From positions 180,357-244,356 of the forward strand of contig JANXBJ010000001.1 in the NCBI GenBank assembly GCA_025057645.1: a DNA stretch of 64,000 nucleotides, given 5' to 3'. This stretch comes from Anaerolineales bacterium. Its GTDB lineage: Bacteria; Chloroflexota; Anaerolineae; Anaerolineales; UBA4823. Of this stretch, positions 17,523 through 26,744 are shown piece by piece. Under the pieces are notes generated by a model, which was given only the letters and a program-made list of their open reading frames with translations, searched no databases and was not told the origin of the DNA. Positions within the stretch are counted from its first letter, which is position 1. Every line of letters starts with the position of its first letter. The translations under genes and the position numbers were made by a program.

Positions 17523-17534
17523 CCGCAAATCTCC

Positions 17535-20453
17535 TTATTGGGTTAGGCGGAAGGTGACCTCTGACTGCGCACGGTTGCCGGCGAGGTCGGTTACCGTGAC
17601 CAGTAGACGGTGAGATCCCGGACTGGCTTTCCAGGGGAAAGTATAGGGAGGGTGGGTGAAGGTGTGAATTTTTTCATCGTCCAGAGATAACTCGATATTG
17701 CGGATACCCAAGTTGTCGGCTGCTTGAATTTGAAAAATCACGATTGGGAACTCTCTGAGGGAATAGACTCCTGCCTCCTCGGGGAAAATAACGCTCAGGG
17801 TAGGTGGGGTGTTATCAACGATGACCAGAAGCAGCGCAGTTTCCACACGGCTTTCCTTATCCACCACTTGGAGTTGCAAGGTGTATAGTCCGTCTAGCCC
17901 TTCAGTATTCCATGCACCGAGTCTTCCCTCTTTCACCGCAGTGGTGTAGTCTGTTCCAATTTGCATCCACCGGCGAGGGAACAAGCCTTCGCCGAATTGC
18001 AGACGATAATACTGAAAGTGCTCTCCGCTAGCGCTTCCGAGGATCGGCACTATTCCTCGGACGTAGGAAAGCATCTGCGGAGAACGGATTTGGACGTTTT
18101 CTGAAAGCCGATTCGGCACAAGGACGACATCATACTCCTTGGGCGGGAGGGGCAGTCCTTCTGCAAGGGCCCAAGCTTGGGCCTCTGGGGGGATGGATAA
18201 ATAGCGCTGCTCCTTTACGGACTCTAAAGGGGTGAAAACTGTCGCTAGAAGTCCGGTTTGTTCATTGACCAGATAACTCTGGAAGAGTTGGTCGGGCTGA
18301 CGAGGCTCGAACCCGGGAAGGAAGATTTCACTGACCACCGCGGGACAATCCTCGTCAGGCAGCATCCCGGAGGGGTCACAAACGCTAAGTTTGATCAACC
18401 CAGGAGGAACACTCCAGTCCATAGCAGGAAGGTTACGAGAAGAATATTGCATAAGCGCATGCCAGAGGTTCGTCACTGCAGAGGGCTTGATTTTGAGCTG
18501 AGCATTGCTGTCGCTGCCTAGCCAAACGACAACTAGGCGTTGGGGGGTGTAGCCTACTGCCCAGAACTGATTGGCAGTTGGGAGACGGCCCAATTTTGCT
18601 GCGCTCCGCCGGCCAATTTCAAATGGATTTGGGTGCCCTAGGGTGGGCCAACGCGCGGCCTCATCGGAGAGAATGTGGTTGGCAAGGTAAGCAAGCTGGG
18701 GGCTAATTACGGCTCGTTTTTCCAAGTTCTCGTCTTGCACAGAGAGGTCGTATAGCACGGTTCCGTTCGTTTCTCTCACCTTCTGAATTAGGAGCGGTGA
18801 GACTGTGCGGGGATCTCCCAGAGAGGAATGTCTGTCCTTCCAGCCTACGAGAACCCCTTGGTTGGCTAATGCTTGATAGCCCTGAGCGATTCCTAGAACG
18901 GAAACTCGGGTGGAGAAGAAGAACTGAGTTGGGGAGATTCTCTGCAAAGGCGTCTGATCCGGGGATTCGAGCACAATACCAAGTTGTTGAATCACATTGA
19001 GGACGGTCTGCGCACCGATTTGGAGGAAAAGCGATCGGGCCGGGACAAAGTAGTCGTTGGCGAGCGCTATGCGGGCTCGAATCGGCCCCTGAAATTTCCC
19101 GTTCAGATTGGGCAGAACTTCCCCAGAGTGAGGCGGAATGTCCCACTGGAGCGTTGCCGGTTGAATTCCTCTGGAGAAGGCCGCTAGATAAACGAACGGA
19201 GAGAGGAGGGTCCCAGGGGCGTGTTTTTGTAAAGGGAGATGTTCGAAGGGTAGGTTTGGATTCTGAGTTTGAGTAAGGCTGGCGATAGCAAGGACATGGC
19301 TATTTGTTGGATCTAGAATGAGGGCTTGAGATTGTAACGGCGCGGGGATTGGGCTGGAGGGGGGTGTGCCTGGTAAGAGAAACGCTGCCTCGCACTCTGC
19401 GTTGACGAGCGAGGAACTTCCTTCTCCCAAGGTGAGCAAAGACATTTGGGCTTTCAGCGTGCATTCGAGGTTACGCTGTAAATCGAGATCGAGGGTAGAA
19501 ATGATCTCCAACCCACCCCGTTCGATCACCTCTACCGGATATTGTGCTGAGAGCTGCTGGAGGATCAAGTCCACATACACTGGGCGGGTGACCCTGAGGT
19601 CACTCGGTGGAGGGGAGAAGTTAAGCTTATCTAAATTGGCTAGGGCAAGTTCTTCAGGTTGGATCGATCCGCTTTGTAACAGATGAACCAAGATGTCCCC
19701 TGTTCGCTTCCGCACTACCTCAGGAGCATTGAAGGGATGGACTGTTGGGCTTTCTAGGATGGAAACCAACGCTGCACCTTCAAGAATATTCAATTCAGAG
19801 GCCGTCTTGTTGAAATAGAGCCTCGAAGCCGTTTCTGCACCGTAGACCAGCGGTCCGAATTTGGCGCTGTTCAAAAACCAGATCAGGATGCGATGTTTTC
19901 CATAGTGTTGATCGAGCTGTGCGCCAAGGATTTTGGCGCGCAGAGTTTTGCGCCAGCCTTCGGGTTCACGCCACAGGAGAAGATCGTAGGCTAGCCTTTG
20001 AGCAATAGTGTTGAGCCGAGGAGAGGTGAAGTCTTGTAGATAAAGACCTGAGGAGGAGTTGAAGTTGGGTTCCAGATAGGCGATCATGGCTCTGGCGAGC
20101 GGTGCATCGAGTTCGAGGGTGGGGAGCGAGCTTGAAGAGTGAGGGAGGTCGAGCCATAGCCTTTCAATAGCTGGACTCTCAAGGTTAGCAATCACAAATC
20201 TCCCCTCGCGATCTAAAATACGGGTCGGGCTTCTCAAGGAACCGTTCTGGGGGTCGAGAAGTTGTTCAATTTTTTCAATCGGAGGCAAGTCACTGACCAA
20301 GGTGAGCATTAGACCTCCGAAGACAAAAATGGAGCAAGTGAGAATCAGGCTTACCAATGTTGCCCCTAACCATCCTAGTAACGGCAAGGGGGCGCGCTTC
20401 AAGACTAGTCGCCGCTGATGCCGAACTCGAGCAATAATGTTGACTTTTCGCAT
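17535..20453 (-). CDS. Class A penicillin-binding-protein-like protein (GT51-like, transpeptidase-like and C-terminal Ig-like domains); catalytic motifs appear degenerate
   Basis: N-terminal TM anchor. The GT51-like block RKTLRAKILGAQLDQHYGKHRILIWFLNSAKFGPLVYGAETASRLYFNKTASELNILEGAALVSILESP matches the PBP1 glycosyltransferase pattern. The transpeptidase-like block PGTLLSPFVYLAAF...ALANDYFVPA...AAKLGRLPTANQFWAVGYTP matches the PBP1 transpeptidase pattern. Confidence 0.8.
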   Translation of the reverse strand: MRKVNIIARVRHQRRLVLKRAPLPLLGWLGATLVSLILTCSIFVFGGLMLTLVSDLPPIEKIEQLLDPQNGSLRSPTRILDREGRFVIANLESPAIERLWLDLPHSSSSLPTLELDAPLARAMIAYLEPNFNSSSGLYLQDFTSPRLNTIAQRLAYDLLLWREPEGWRKTLRAKILGAQLDQHYGKHRILIWFLNSAKFGPLVYGAETASRLYFNKTASELNILEGAALVSILESPTVHPFNAPEVVRKRTGDILVHLLQSGSIQPEELALANLDKLNFSPPPSDLRVTRPVYVDLILQQLSAQYPVEVIERGGLEIISTLDLDLQRNLECTLKAQMSLLTLGEGSSSLVNAECEAAFLLPGTPPSSPIPAPLQSQALILDPTNSHVLAIASLTQTQNPNLPFEHLPLQKHAPGTLLSPFVYLAAFSRGIQPATLQWDIPPHSGEVLPNLNGKFQGPIRARIALANDYFVPARSLFLQIGAQTVLNVIQQLGIVLESPDQTPLQRISPTQFFFSTRVSVLGIAQGYQALANQGVLVGWKDRHSSLGDPRTVSPLLIQKVRETNGTVLYDLSVQDENLEKRAVISPQLAYLANHILSDEAARWPTLGHPNPFEIGRRSAAKLGRLPTANQFWAVGYTPQRLVVVWLGSDSNAQLKIKPSAVTNLWHALMQYSSRNLPAMDWSVPPGLIKLSVCDPSGMLPDEDCPAVVSEIFLPGFEPRQPDQLFQSYLVNEQTGLLATVFTPLESVKEQRYLSIPPEAQAWALAEGLPLPPKEYDVVLVPNRLSENVQIRSPQMLSYVRGIVPILGSASGEHFQYYRLQFGEGLFPRRWMQIGTDYTTAVKEGRLGAWNTEGLDGLYTLQLQVVDKESRVETALLLVIVDNTPPTLSVIFPEEAGVYSLREFPIVIFQIQAADNLGIRNIELSLDDEKIHTFTHPPYTFPWKASPGSHRLLVTVTDLAGNRAQSEVTFRLTQ

Positions 20454-20459
20454 GATCTT

Positions 20460-22199
20460 CTAGGAGTTGGAGATCTGCGCAACTCGTTCGCTGACCGATT
20501 GAAGCAATTTGCGTGCCGATTGTAAAGTAGCAGCATTGAGGTCGCCCATCATTTGTGCGAGCTCTTCGACCCTCTGTTCACCAGCCAAGACTTGGACTTC
20601 GGTTACCGTTCGATCCCCTATAACCCGCTTGCGGACGAGGAAGTGCTGGTCGCCGAAGGCAGCTAGCTGGGGCAAGTGAGTCACGCAGAAGACCTGATGA
20701 TGACGGGCAAGTTGCCAAAGTTTTTTGCCCACGACGGCACCAGTGCGTCCCCCGATCCCTTGGTCAATTTCATCGAATACTAGGCAGGGGACGTCGTCAG
20801 CGGAGGCGAGCACGCTTTTGAGTGCTAGCATTAGCCGAGAAGTCTCGCCGCCTGATGCGATCTTGGCTAGAGGCTTGAACCCCTCCCCGGGGTTGGGGGC
20901 GATCAGAAACTCCACTCGGTCAATTCCGCTGGCGTTGAAGGCAACTTTTCTGCCGTTCTCAAGGGGAATCCCATCTTCGGCATCAACGTGCTCAATTTGA
21001 ACCCTAAAGCGGGCTTTTTCCATATGAAGATGAGCCAACTCTTCTTCGATTGCCTGAGCCAGAGCTTGGCTATATTGGCGGCGGTTATGGGAGAGTTGAC
21101 GGGCAAGCTCGCCAAGCTTTTGGAGCAGAGCCATTTCGGTGCGGGAAAGAGTTTCAATTTGCTCAGAGGCAGAGGTGATTTCCTCGAGCTGCTTCCGAGC
21201 TTTTTGCGCATAGGAGAGAACGGCCTCCACAGTCCCCCCGTATTTGCGCTTTAGGGAGGAGATCAGGTTCAATCTCTCTTCGATAAGATCAAGTCGTCTG
21301 GGGTTGTATTCAATCTCTTCGCCATACTGTCGTAACGTCTGCGTAAGATCATTGAGGTTCTCGAAAATCTCTTCGGCCCTCTCTAGAAGCGGGTTCTGGG
21401 AGTTGTCTAGGCGCACTAGACTGCCCAAGAGGTGAATAACCTGGCCTATTTGTTCGATGACTGACGGCTGTTCGGGAGCGCCCTCGTCCAAGAGCAAGAT
21501 ACATTGTTGAACCAAGGCAGCGAGATTTTCGGCGTTAGCTAAGCGGTTGCGTTCGGCGAGGAGCGTCTCTTCCTCCCCAATCTTCAGGCGGGCATGTTCG
21601 ATTTCAGAAACTTGGTACTGCAGAAGGTCAAAACGGTGCGCGGCATCCCGTTCCAGTTGGCGAAGCTGGGAGAGTTTCTGGCGAAGCTCCATAAGCTCGT
21701 AATATATCTGTTGGTATGCAGAGCGTAGGTCTTCGTTCTTGGCGTAATTATCCAGCAGACGAAGGTGTTGGCTCGGTTTGAGCAGGGAAAGATGCTCTGA
21801 TTGCCCATGAATATCTACCAGGTACTCGCTGATCTCTCTCAGGGTTGCAAGGCTAACAACACGCCCGTTAATCCGAGCAACATGGCGGCCATTTGCCCGA
21901 ATCTCGCGGCAGAGAGAGAGGTAGTCACTTTGCTCCTCGAGTTCCTCTCTTCTTAGAATTTCTAGCACTGGATTGCGGATGGACTCCGGGAGAAGGAAAT
22001 CCCCCTCAATGATCGCCTTCTCCGCTCCGCTGCGGATATAGTTGATGTCTGCTTTCCCTCCGACCAAGGTTTCGAGGGCATCTACAAGGATTGATTTCCC
22101 CGCTCCGGTTTCGCCGGTTAGGATAACAAGCCCTGGTTGAAAATGGAGGACTAGTTCCTCAATAATAGCAAAGTTGGAGATACGCAGTTCTTCGAGCAT
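20460..22199 (-). CDS. recN: DNA repair protein RecN
   Basis: SMC-like: N-terminal Walker A GETGAGKS, long coiled coil, C-terminal signature SGGETSRLMLALK and Walker B LVFDEIDQGIGG. 579 aa. Confidence 0.95.
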   Translation of the reverse strand: MLEELRISNFAIIEELVLHFQPGLVILTGETGAGKSILVDALETLVGGKADINYIRSGAEKAIIEGDFLLPESIRNPVLEILRREELEEQSDYLSLCREIRANGRHVARINGRVVSLATLREISEYLVDIHGQSEHLSLLKPSQHLRLLDNYAKNEDLRSAYQQIYYELMELRQKLSQLRQLERDAAHRFDLLQYQVSEIEHARLKIGEEETLLAERNRLANAENLAALVQQCILLLDEGAPEQPSVIEQIGQVIHLLGSLVRLDNSQNPLLERAEEIFENLNDLTQTLRQYGEEIEYNPRRLDLIEERLNLISSLKRKYGGTVEAVLSYAQKARKQLEEITSASEQIETLSRTEMALLQKLGELARQLSHNRRQYSQALAQAIEEELAHLHMEKARFRVQIEHVDAEDGIPLENGRKVAFNASGIDRVEFLIAPNPGEGFKPLAKIASGGETSRLMLALKSVLASADDVPCLVFDEIDQGIGGRTGAVVGKKLWQLARHHQVFCVTHLPQLAAFGDQHFLVRKRVIGDRTVTEVQVLAGEQRVEELAQMMGDLNAATLQSARKLLQSVSERVAQISNS

Positions 22200-22211
22200 A
22201 GGGCAAGCTTT

Positions 22212-22745
22212 TTAGAGTTTGAGGTAGATCCCGGAAAGCCGATAGTATACTGAGGAAGTAACCAGGAAGGAATATAAGGCCTGAAGAGCCAGAGCAACTA
22301 AGCCCGCAAAGCTTCCGGAAGCAAGGGCATTCAAGCTGTAGAAAAGGCTCAAGAACAAGTATGGCAAGGAGCCGAGGGCTGTAGCGGCTGCTATGGTTTG
22401 AAAGAGCTTTTTGGAACGCCGTTTCTGCAACACAGCCCGACAAATTTCAGCAATGATTGCGCCAGCGATTGGAGATAAAAGGATAGCGAAGAACCAAAGG
22501 CGAGGGATAAATTGACTGCCAAGGAAAGAAAGGGTAGCAGCGATGATGCTTGTGGTTACATAGTCATACCAAAGAGCCGTCTCGAAAACTTTTTGTTGGC
22601 GGTGAACGCAGTCCTTGCAACGATAACCTGTCGGGGTCAAGATGGCACATTTCGGGCAGATTGGTTTCTCGCAGGTGCCGCAGCGCAGCCCTGTTTCAAT
22701 ATTTGGATGGTAGAAGCAGGTTTGCGGTGGAAGTTGGTCGTTCAT
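22212..22745 (-). CDS. B-box-type zinc-finger membrane protein (4 predicted TM helices)
   Basis: N-terminal CFYHPNIETGLRCGTCEKPICPKCAILTPTGYRCKDC, followed by four hydrophobic helices. Overlaps nadK by 4 bp and ends 12 bp before recN. Confidence 0.7.
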   Translation of the reverse strand: MNDQLPPQTCFYHPNIETGLRCGTCEKPICPKCAILTPTGYRCKDCVHRQQKVFETALWYDYVTTSIIAATLSFLGSQFIPRLWFFAILLSPIAGAIIAEICRAVLQKRRSKKLFQTIAAATALGSLPYLFLSLFYSLNALASGSFAGLVALALQALYSFLVTSSVYYRLSGIYLKL

Positions 22746-23617
22746 CGAGCTAACCCCGTGGCAGGATTGCGGTTCATATGGGGAGTGAGATTCCGATAGA
22801 AGTATCCGGGGTCTTGAAAGCGAATGAAAAGCGCATTGTGTTCGCTAGCGTAGACCTCCACTTGGTCTCCGTCCAGTAGGGGGACAGCGGGTTGCCCGTC
22901 AATGCAGAGAAGGGCGTCATGGTCGGTGTGGACGATCACTTGAACCGAAGAGCCTTCGGCCAGCACGATCCCACGGTCAATAGAAAGATGAGGGGCCACG
23001 GCTACGAGGAGGATATTCCGCAGTTCGGGGGGCAGAATCGGCCCGCCAGCCGCTAGAGCGTAAGCGGTCGAGCCAGTTGCGGTGGCGGCAATGAGCGCAT
23101 CAGCTACATAGGTGGTCAGGTAGCGTCCATCTACGTGGGTTTCCAAATGGACAGGACGTATCGTTTGGCCACGGCCTACCACAACCTCGTTAAGCACATG
23201 ATGGGAGCTCAGTTCATTTGCACCGCGTTTGTGGATGCAGGTGAGCATCATGCGCTTTTCCAGCCAATAGTCTCCCTTGAACAACCGCGGTAAATACTGC
23301 CTCCACTCGTTTAGGCGGATTTCCATCAGAAAGCCGAACCGTCCGGCGTTAATGCCTAGGATCGGAATATGCTTGGGCCCGCAGAGATGCCCAGCGCGCA
23401 ACATAGTGCCATCTCCTCCAAGTGCAATCAGGAGGTCAATTTCTCGGTTGTCGATACTGTGGGTGAGTTTTTCTTCATATATCATTGCCAAAAGTAGATC
23501 TTGGCCTTGCTGCTTGAGAAAATGGGCAATTTTATAGGCCTCTTTGTTGGCCTCGGGCAAACTGGGATGAGCTGCAATCGCAATTTTGCGAAAGGTCGAG
23601 GGGTTTTTCTCGTTCAC
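22742..23617 (-). CDS. nadK: NAD+ kinase
   Basis: GGDGTMLRA motif and NGRFGFL-type block (INAGRFGFL). 291 aa. Confidence 0.93.
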   Translation of the reverse strand: MNEKNPSTFRKIAIAAHPSLPEANKEAYKIAHFLKQQGQDLLLAMIYEEKLTHSIDNREIDLLIALGGDGTMLRAGHLCGPKHIPILGINAGRFGFLMEIRLNEWRQYLPRLFKGDYWLEKRMMLTCIHKRGANELSSHHVLNEVVVGRGQTIRPVHLETHVDGRYLTTYVADALIAATATGSTAYALAAGGPILPPELRNILLVAVAPHLSIDRGIVLAEGSSVQVIVHTDHDALLCIDGQPAVPLLDGDQVEVYASEHNALFIRFQDPGYFYRNLTPHMNRNPATGLAR

Positions 23618-23743
23618 AAGCTTATTATAACCAGATAGCTCTGACTTCGAGTTGAGTTTTCAAGTGCGGGAAGGATTGTTGTCCGATAGGGGTATAATTT
23701 TTTCTAAAGGCTTGAGCTGATGAGCACACAGGAGAGGTAGGCG

Positions 23744-25111
23744 ATGTGTGACACCCTAGTTGCGGTTGGGAATTCAACAGTGGATGGCTCGGTAATTTTG
23801 GCCAAAAATAGCGATCGTGAACCGAACGAAGCTCATGTGTTAGTGCATCTCCCTCGCCAGAAGCATCCACCGCACAGCACGGTCAAGTGCACTTACATTG
23901 AAATCCCTCAAGTAGAAGAAACCTATGAGGTGTTTCTATCCAAACCTTTTTGGATTTGGGGCTGCGAGATGGGGGTGAATGAGTATGGAGTGGCAATTGG
24001 GAACGAGGCGGTGTTCACTAAGGAGCCCTATCAGAAGGAAAAAGGACTGATTGGAATGGACTTAATCCGTCTCGCTCTGGAGCGCTCTCAAACAGCTTAT
24101 CAGGCCTTACAAGTGATCGTTGAATTGATTGATCGCTACGGCCAGGGAGGCAATTGTGGATTTGAGCATCCCACTTATTATCATAATTCTTTTATTCTCG
24201 CCGATCCCAACGAAGCCTGGGTGCTGGAAACGGCCGGGAAGTATTGGGCGGCGGAGCGGGTCAAGGACGTGCGAAGTATCTCAAATGGCTTGACTATTGG
24301 TGAGACCTGGGATGAAGCTTCGCCCGGTTTAGTGGAACATGCAGTGGAGAAGGGCTGGTGCAAGCCTGGAGAAGATTTTCACTTTGCTCGTTGTTATTCC
24401 GATTTCTTATACACGCGTCTCGATGGGTGTAGACCGCGTCAGTGTCGTTCTACGGAACTGTTGAAACAGTGCGCAGGAAGTATCGATGCGGCGTGGATGA
24501 TGAGGATTTTACGCGATCACGGTCCAAGGGCAGAGACGGATCCGCTTTGGGATCCAAGTCGAGGGTGGATTATGGACACTCTTTGTGTTCACGCCAGCTT
24601 TGGGCCGACGCGTCCAAGCCAATCCACCGGAGCTATGATTGCTCACTTAAGCAGCGAATTCGTTACCATTTGGGCCACGGGTACTTCTGCCACTTGCACT
24701 TCGATCTTCAAACCCCTTTTTCTCTGTGGAGAAGACTTTCCTCCAATGGGCAGAACCCCGACCGGGAAGTACGACCCGGATACTCTGTGGTGGCAACACG
24801 AGCGTTTGCACCGCCAGGTGATCCGCGATTATCCCAATCGGATTGCCGTTTATCGGGAAGAGCGAGATGCTCTGGAAAGAGAGTTTATTCAAGAAACAGC
24901 CGAAGCGCTCAAGAGTTGCCGAGAGAGTAACCAAGCGGAGCGGGCTCAGGTGCTTACAGCCCTAAGCCGAAGATGCTTCGAGCGTTCAATTCAGGCGACC
25001 CATTCGTGGATTGAAAAAGTGGCCGCCACGCCGCTCCACAAGGCTCCGTCTCGGCTGTTTTCTTTGAGCTGGCGTAGTTTCAACAAGCGCGCAGGCTTCC
25101 CCGAAATATAG
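23744..25111 (+). CDS. C69-family (secernin-like) Ntn-hydrolase dipeptidase
   Basis: Starts MCDTLVAVGNSTVDGSVILAKNSDREPNEA; the Cys at position 2 is the N-terminal nucleophile typical of peptidase C69. No signal peptide. Confidence 0.8.
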   Translation: MCDTLVAVGNSTVDGSVILAKNSDREPNEAHVLVHLPRQKHPPHSTVKCTYIEIPQVEETYEVFLSKPFWIWGCEMGVNEYGVAIGNEAVFTKEPYQKEKGLIGMDLIRLALERSQTAYQALQVIVELIDRYGQGGNCGFEHPTYYHNSFILADPNEAWVLETAGKYWAAERVKDVRSISNGLTIGETWDEASPGLVEHAVEKGWCKPGEDFHFARCYSDFLYTRLDGCRPRQCRSTELLKQCAGSIDAAWMMRILRDHGPRAETDPLWDPSRGWIMDTLCVHASFGPTRPSQSTGAMIAHLSSEFVTIWATGTSATCTSIFKPLFLCGEDFPPMGRTPTGKYDPDTLWWQHERLHRQVIRDYPNRIAVYREERDALEREFIQETAEALKSCRESNQAERAQVLTALSRRCFERSIQATHSWIEKVAATPLHKAPSRLFSLSWRSFNKRAGFPEI

Positions 25112-25172
25112 TCCTAGTTTGTCCTAGGCTTCCGAGAAATCGCCATTCCTTCATTGGGAAGCTGAGAGTGGA

Positions 25173-26744
25173 ATGAACCTGAGAAAAGTAGCTCAACTGC
25201 TTAGCGAGATCGGTGTTCTCAACTCTCTTCCCTCTTTGCTTGCTGAAGTGGAGATTTATGCAATCACTGCGGACTCGAGACAAGTCCAGCCGGGGATGCT
25301 CTTTGTGGCAATCTCAGGTTACTCGGTCGACGGGCATCAATTTATTCCCCAAGCTATCCAAAATGGAGCGGCTGCGATCGTGGGGGAAAAGGAGATGCCT
25401 TCGGTCTCAGTTCCCTTCCTCAGGGTCTCCAACTCTCGAATTGCACTGGCATATTTGTCGGCGGCCTGGCACGGATTTCCGGCCAGGCAAATGACCGTGA
25501 TCGGGGTGACCGGTACTGATGGGAAAACCACGACCTGTAATTTGATTTATCAGATTCTGAAAACAGCAGGGTATTCTGTCGGTATGATTTCAACTGTAGG
25601 TGCTCTGATCGGAGAAGAAGTAGTCGATACCGGCTTCCATGTTACTACACCTGACTCTCCTTCCCTGCAAAGCCTTTTGGCGAAAATGGTCGCATACGAA
25701 TCGTCTCCGATCACTCATGTTGTCCTCGAGACAAGTTCCCATGGTCTGGCGCAGCATCGTGTTGCGGCCTGCGAATATGACATTGGAGTTTTCACCAACG
25801 TCACTCACGAACATCTTGACTTTCACGGAAGCTATGAGAATTACTTGGCGGCCAAGGCTCGCCTGATTGAGGAACTTGCGAAGACTGGGCAGAAGCCGCA
25901 AGGGAATAGACGACTTACCGTTCTCAACCGGGATGACCAATCCTTTGCGTTCCTCCGTAACTATGCTCTGCGTTTTCCTTCGGTGGGGGTAATTACCTAT
26001 GGAAGAGCCCCGGAAGCTGAAATCAGGGCTGCAGAGGTAAAGCTTGTGAATCAACATCCTCAGTTTACAGTGCTCTCCAAAGGTCGGAGGTACTCAGTAC
26101 AACTGGAGCTGATGGGAGAGTACAATGTGTATAATGCCTTGGCGGCTTGGGGTGCGACGGTTGAGGGGCTGGGTGTGGCACCGGAGCTTGCCGTTGAGGG
26201 GTTAGCAAGGGTCAGGGCGATTCCGGGGAGAATGGAGAGGATCGATTTGGGCCAGCCCTATCTCGCAATTGTGGACTTCGCCCACACTCCTCACGCCCTA
26301 GAGAATGCCTTAATTGCGGCGAGGAAACTTGCTCAAGGAAAAGTGATTGCCGTTTTCGGTTCGGCAGGCCTGCGAGATCGAGAGAAAAGGTGGTTAATGG
26401 CCGAGGTTGGGAGCAAACTTGCCGATGTGAGCATCCTAACAGCAGAAGATCCGCGCACAGAGCGTCTTGAGGATATCTTGCTCGAAATGAAAAAAGGAGC
26501 CGATCGAGGGGGAGGAGAAGAGGGTGTGACCTATTTTCGCATAGCCGACCGACGTGAAGCGATTCGTATGGCCGTTAAGATGGCTGCTCCCGGAGATGTA
26601 GTGCTTGTGCTTGGGAAAGGGCACGAGCAGTCTATGTGCTTTGGTGAGATTGAATATCCCTGGGACGACCGTATCGCTCTGCGGAGTGCAATTGCAGAGC
26701 AGCTAGGTATCCCAGGTCCGGCAATGCCCTATTTACCGAGCTAG
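25173..26744 (+). CDS. murE: UDP-N-acetylmuramoyl-L-alanyl-D-glutamate--2,6-diaminopimelate (or L-Lys) ligase MurE
   Basis: Mur ligase P-loop GVTGTDGKTTT, central and C-terminal Mur ligase domains, and EDPR in the DNPR position. Confidence 0.93.
   Translation: MNLRKVAQLLSEIGVLNSLPSLLAEVEIYAITADSRQVQPGMLFVAISGYSVDGHQFIPQAIQNGAAAIVGEKEMPSVSVPFLRVSNSRIALAYLSAAWHGFPARQMTVIGVTGTDGKTTTCNLIYQILKTAGYSVGMISTVGALIGEEVVDTGFHVTTPDSPSLQSLLAKMVAYESSPITHVVLETSSHGLAQHRVAACEYDIGVFTNVTHEHLDFHGSYENYLAAKARLIEELAKTGQKPQGNRRLTVLNRDDQSFAFLRNYALRFPSVGVITYGRAPEAEIRAAEVKLVNQHPQFTVLSKGRRYSVQLELMGEYNVYNALAAWGATVEGLGVAPELAVEGLARVRAIPGRMERIDLGQPYLAIVDFAHTPHALENALIAARKLAQGKVIAVFGSAGLRDREKRWLMAEVGSKLADVSILTAEDPRTERLEDILLEMKKGADRGGGEEGVTYFRIADRREAIRMAVKMAAPGDVVLVLGKGHEQSMCFGEIEYPWDDRIALRSAIAEQLGIPGPAMPYLPS

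Noticed and set aside
18703-19146. 147-aa alternative-frame ORF inside the PBP-like gene, and 58195..58638 inside the NHL region
   Set aside because: Out-of-frame overlaps with long, domain-containing ORFs. Considered because a degenerate PBP might be a pseudogene, but the 972-aa frame is uninterrupted, so it is not called a pseudogene.
24442-24930. 162-aa alternative-frame ORF within the C69 peptidase gene, with the antisense 24647..24934 ORF
   Set aside because: Overlaps a full-length C69 peptidase reading frame. No start context or motifs.
25590-26057. 155-aa ORF antisense to murE
   Set aside because: The murE frame is continuous with all Mur ligase motifs. The antisense ORF is a GC-driven artefact.
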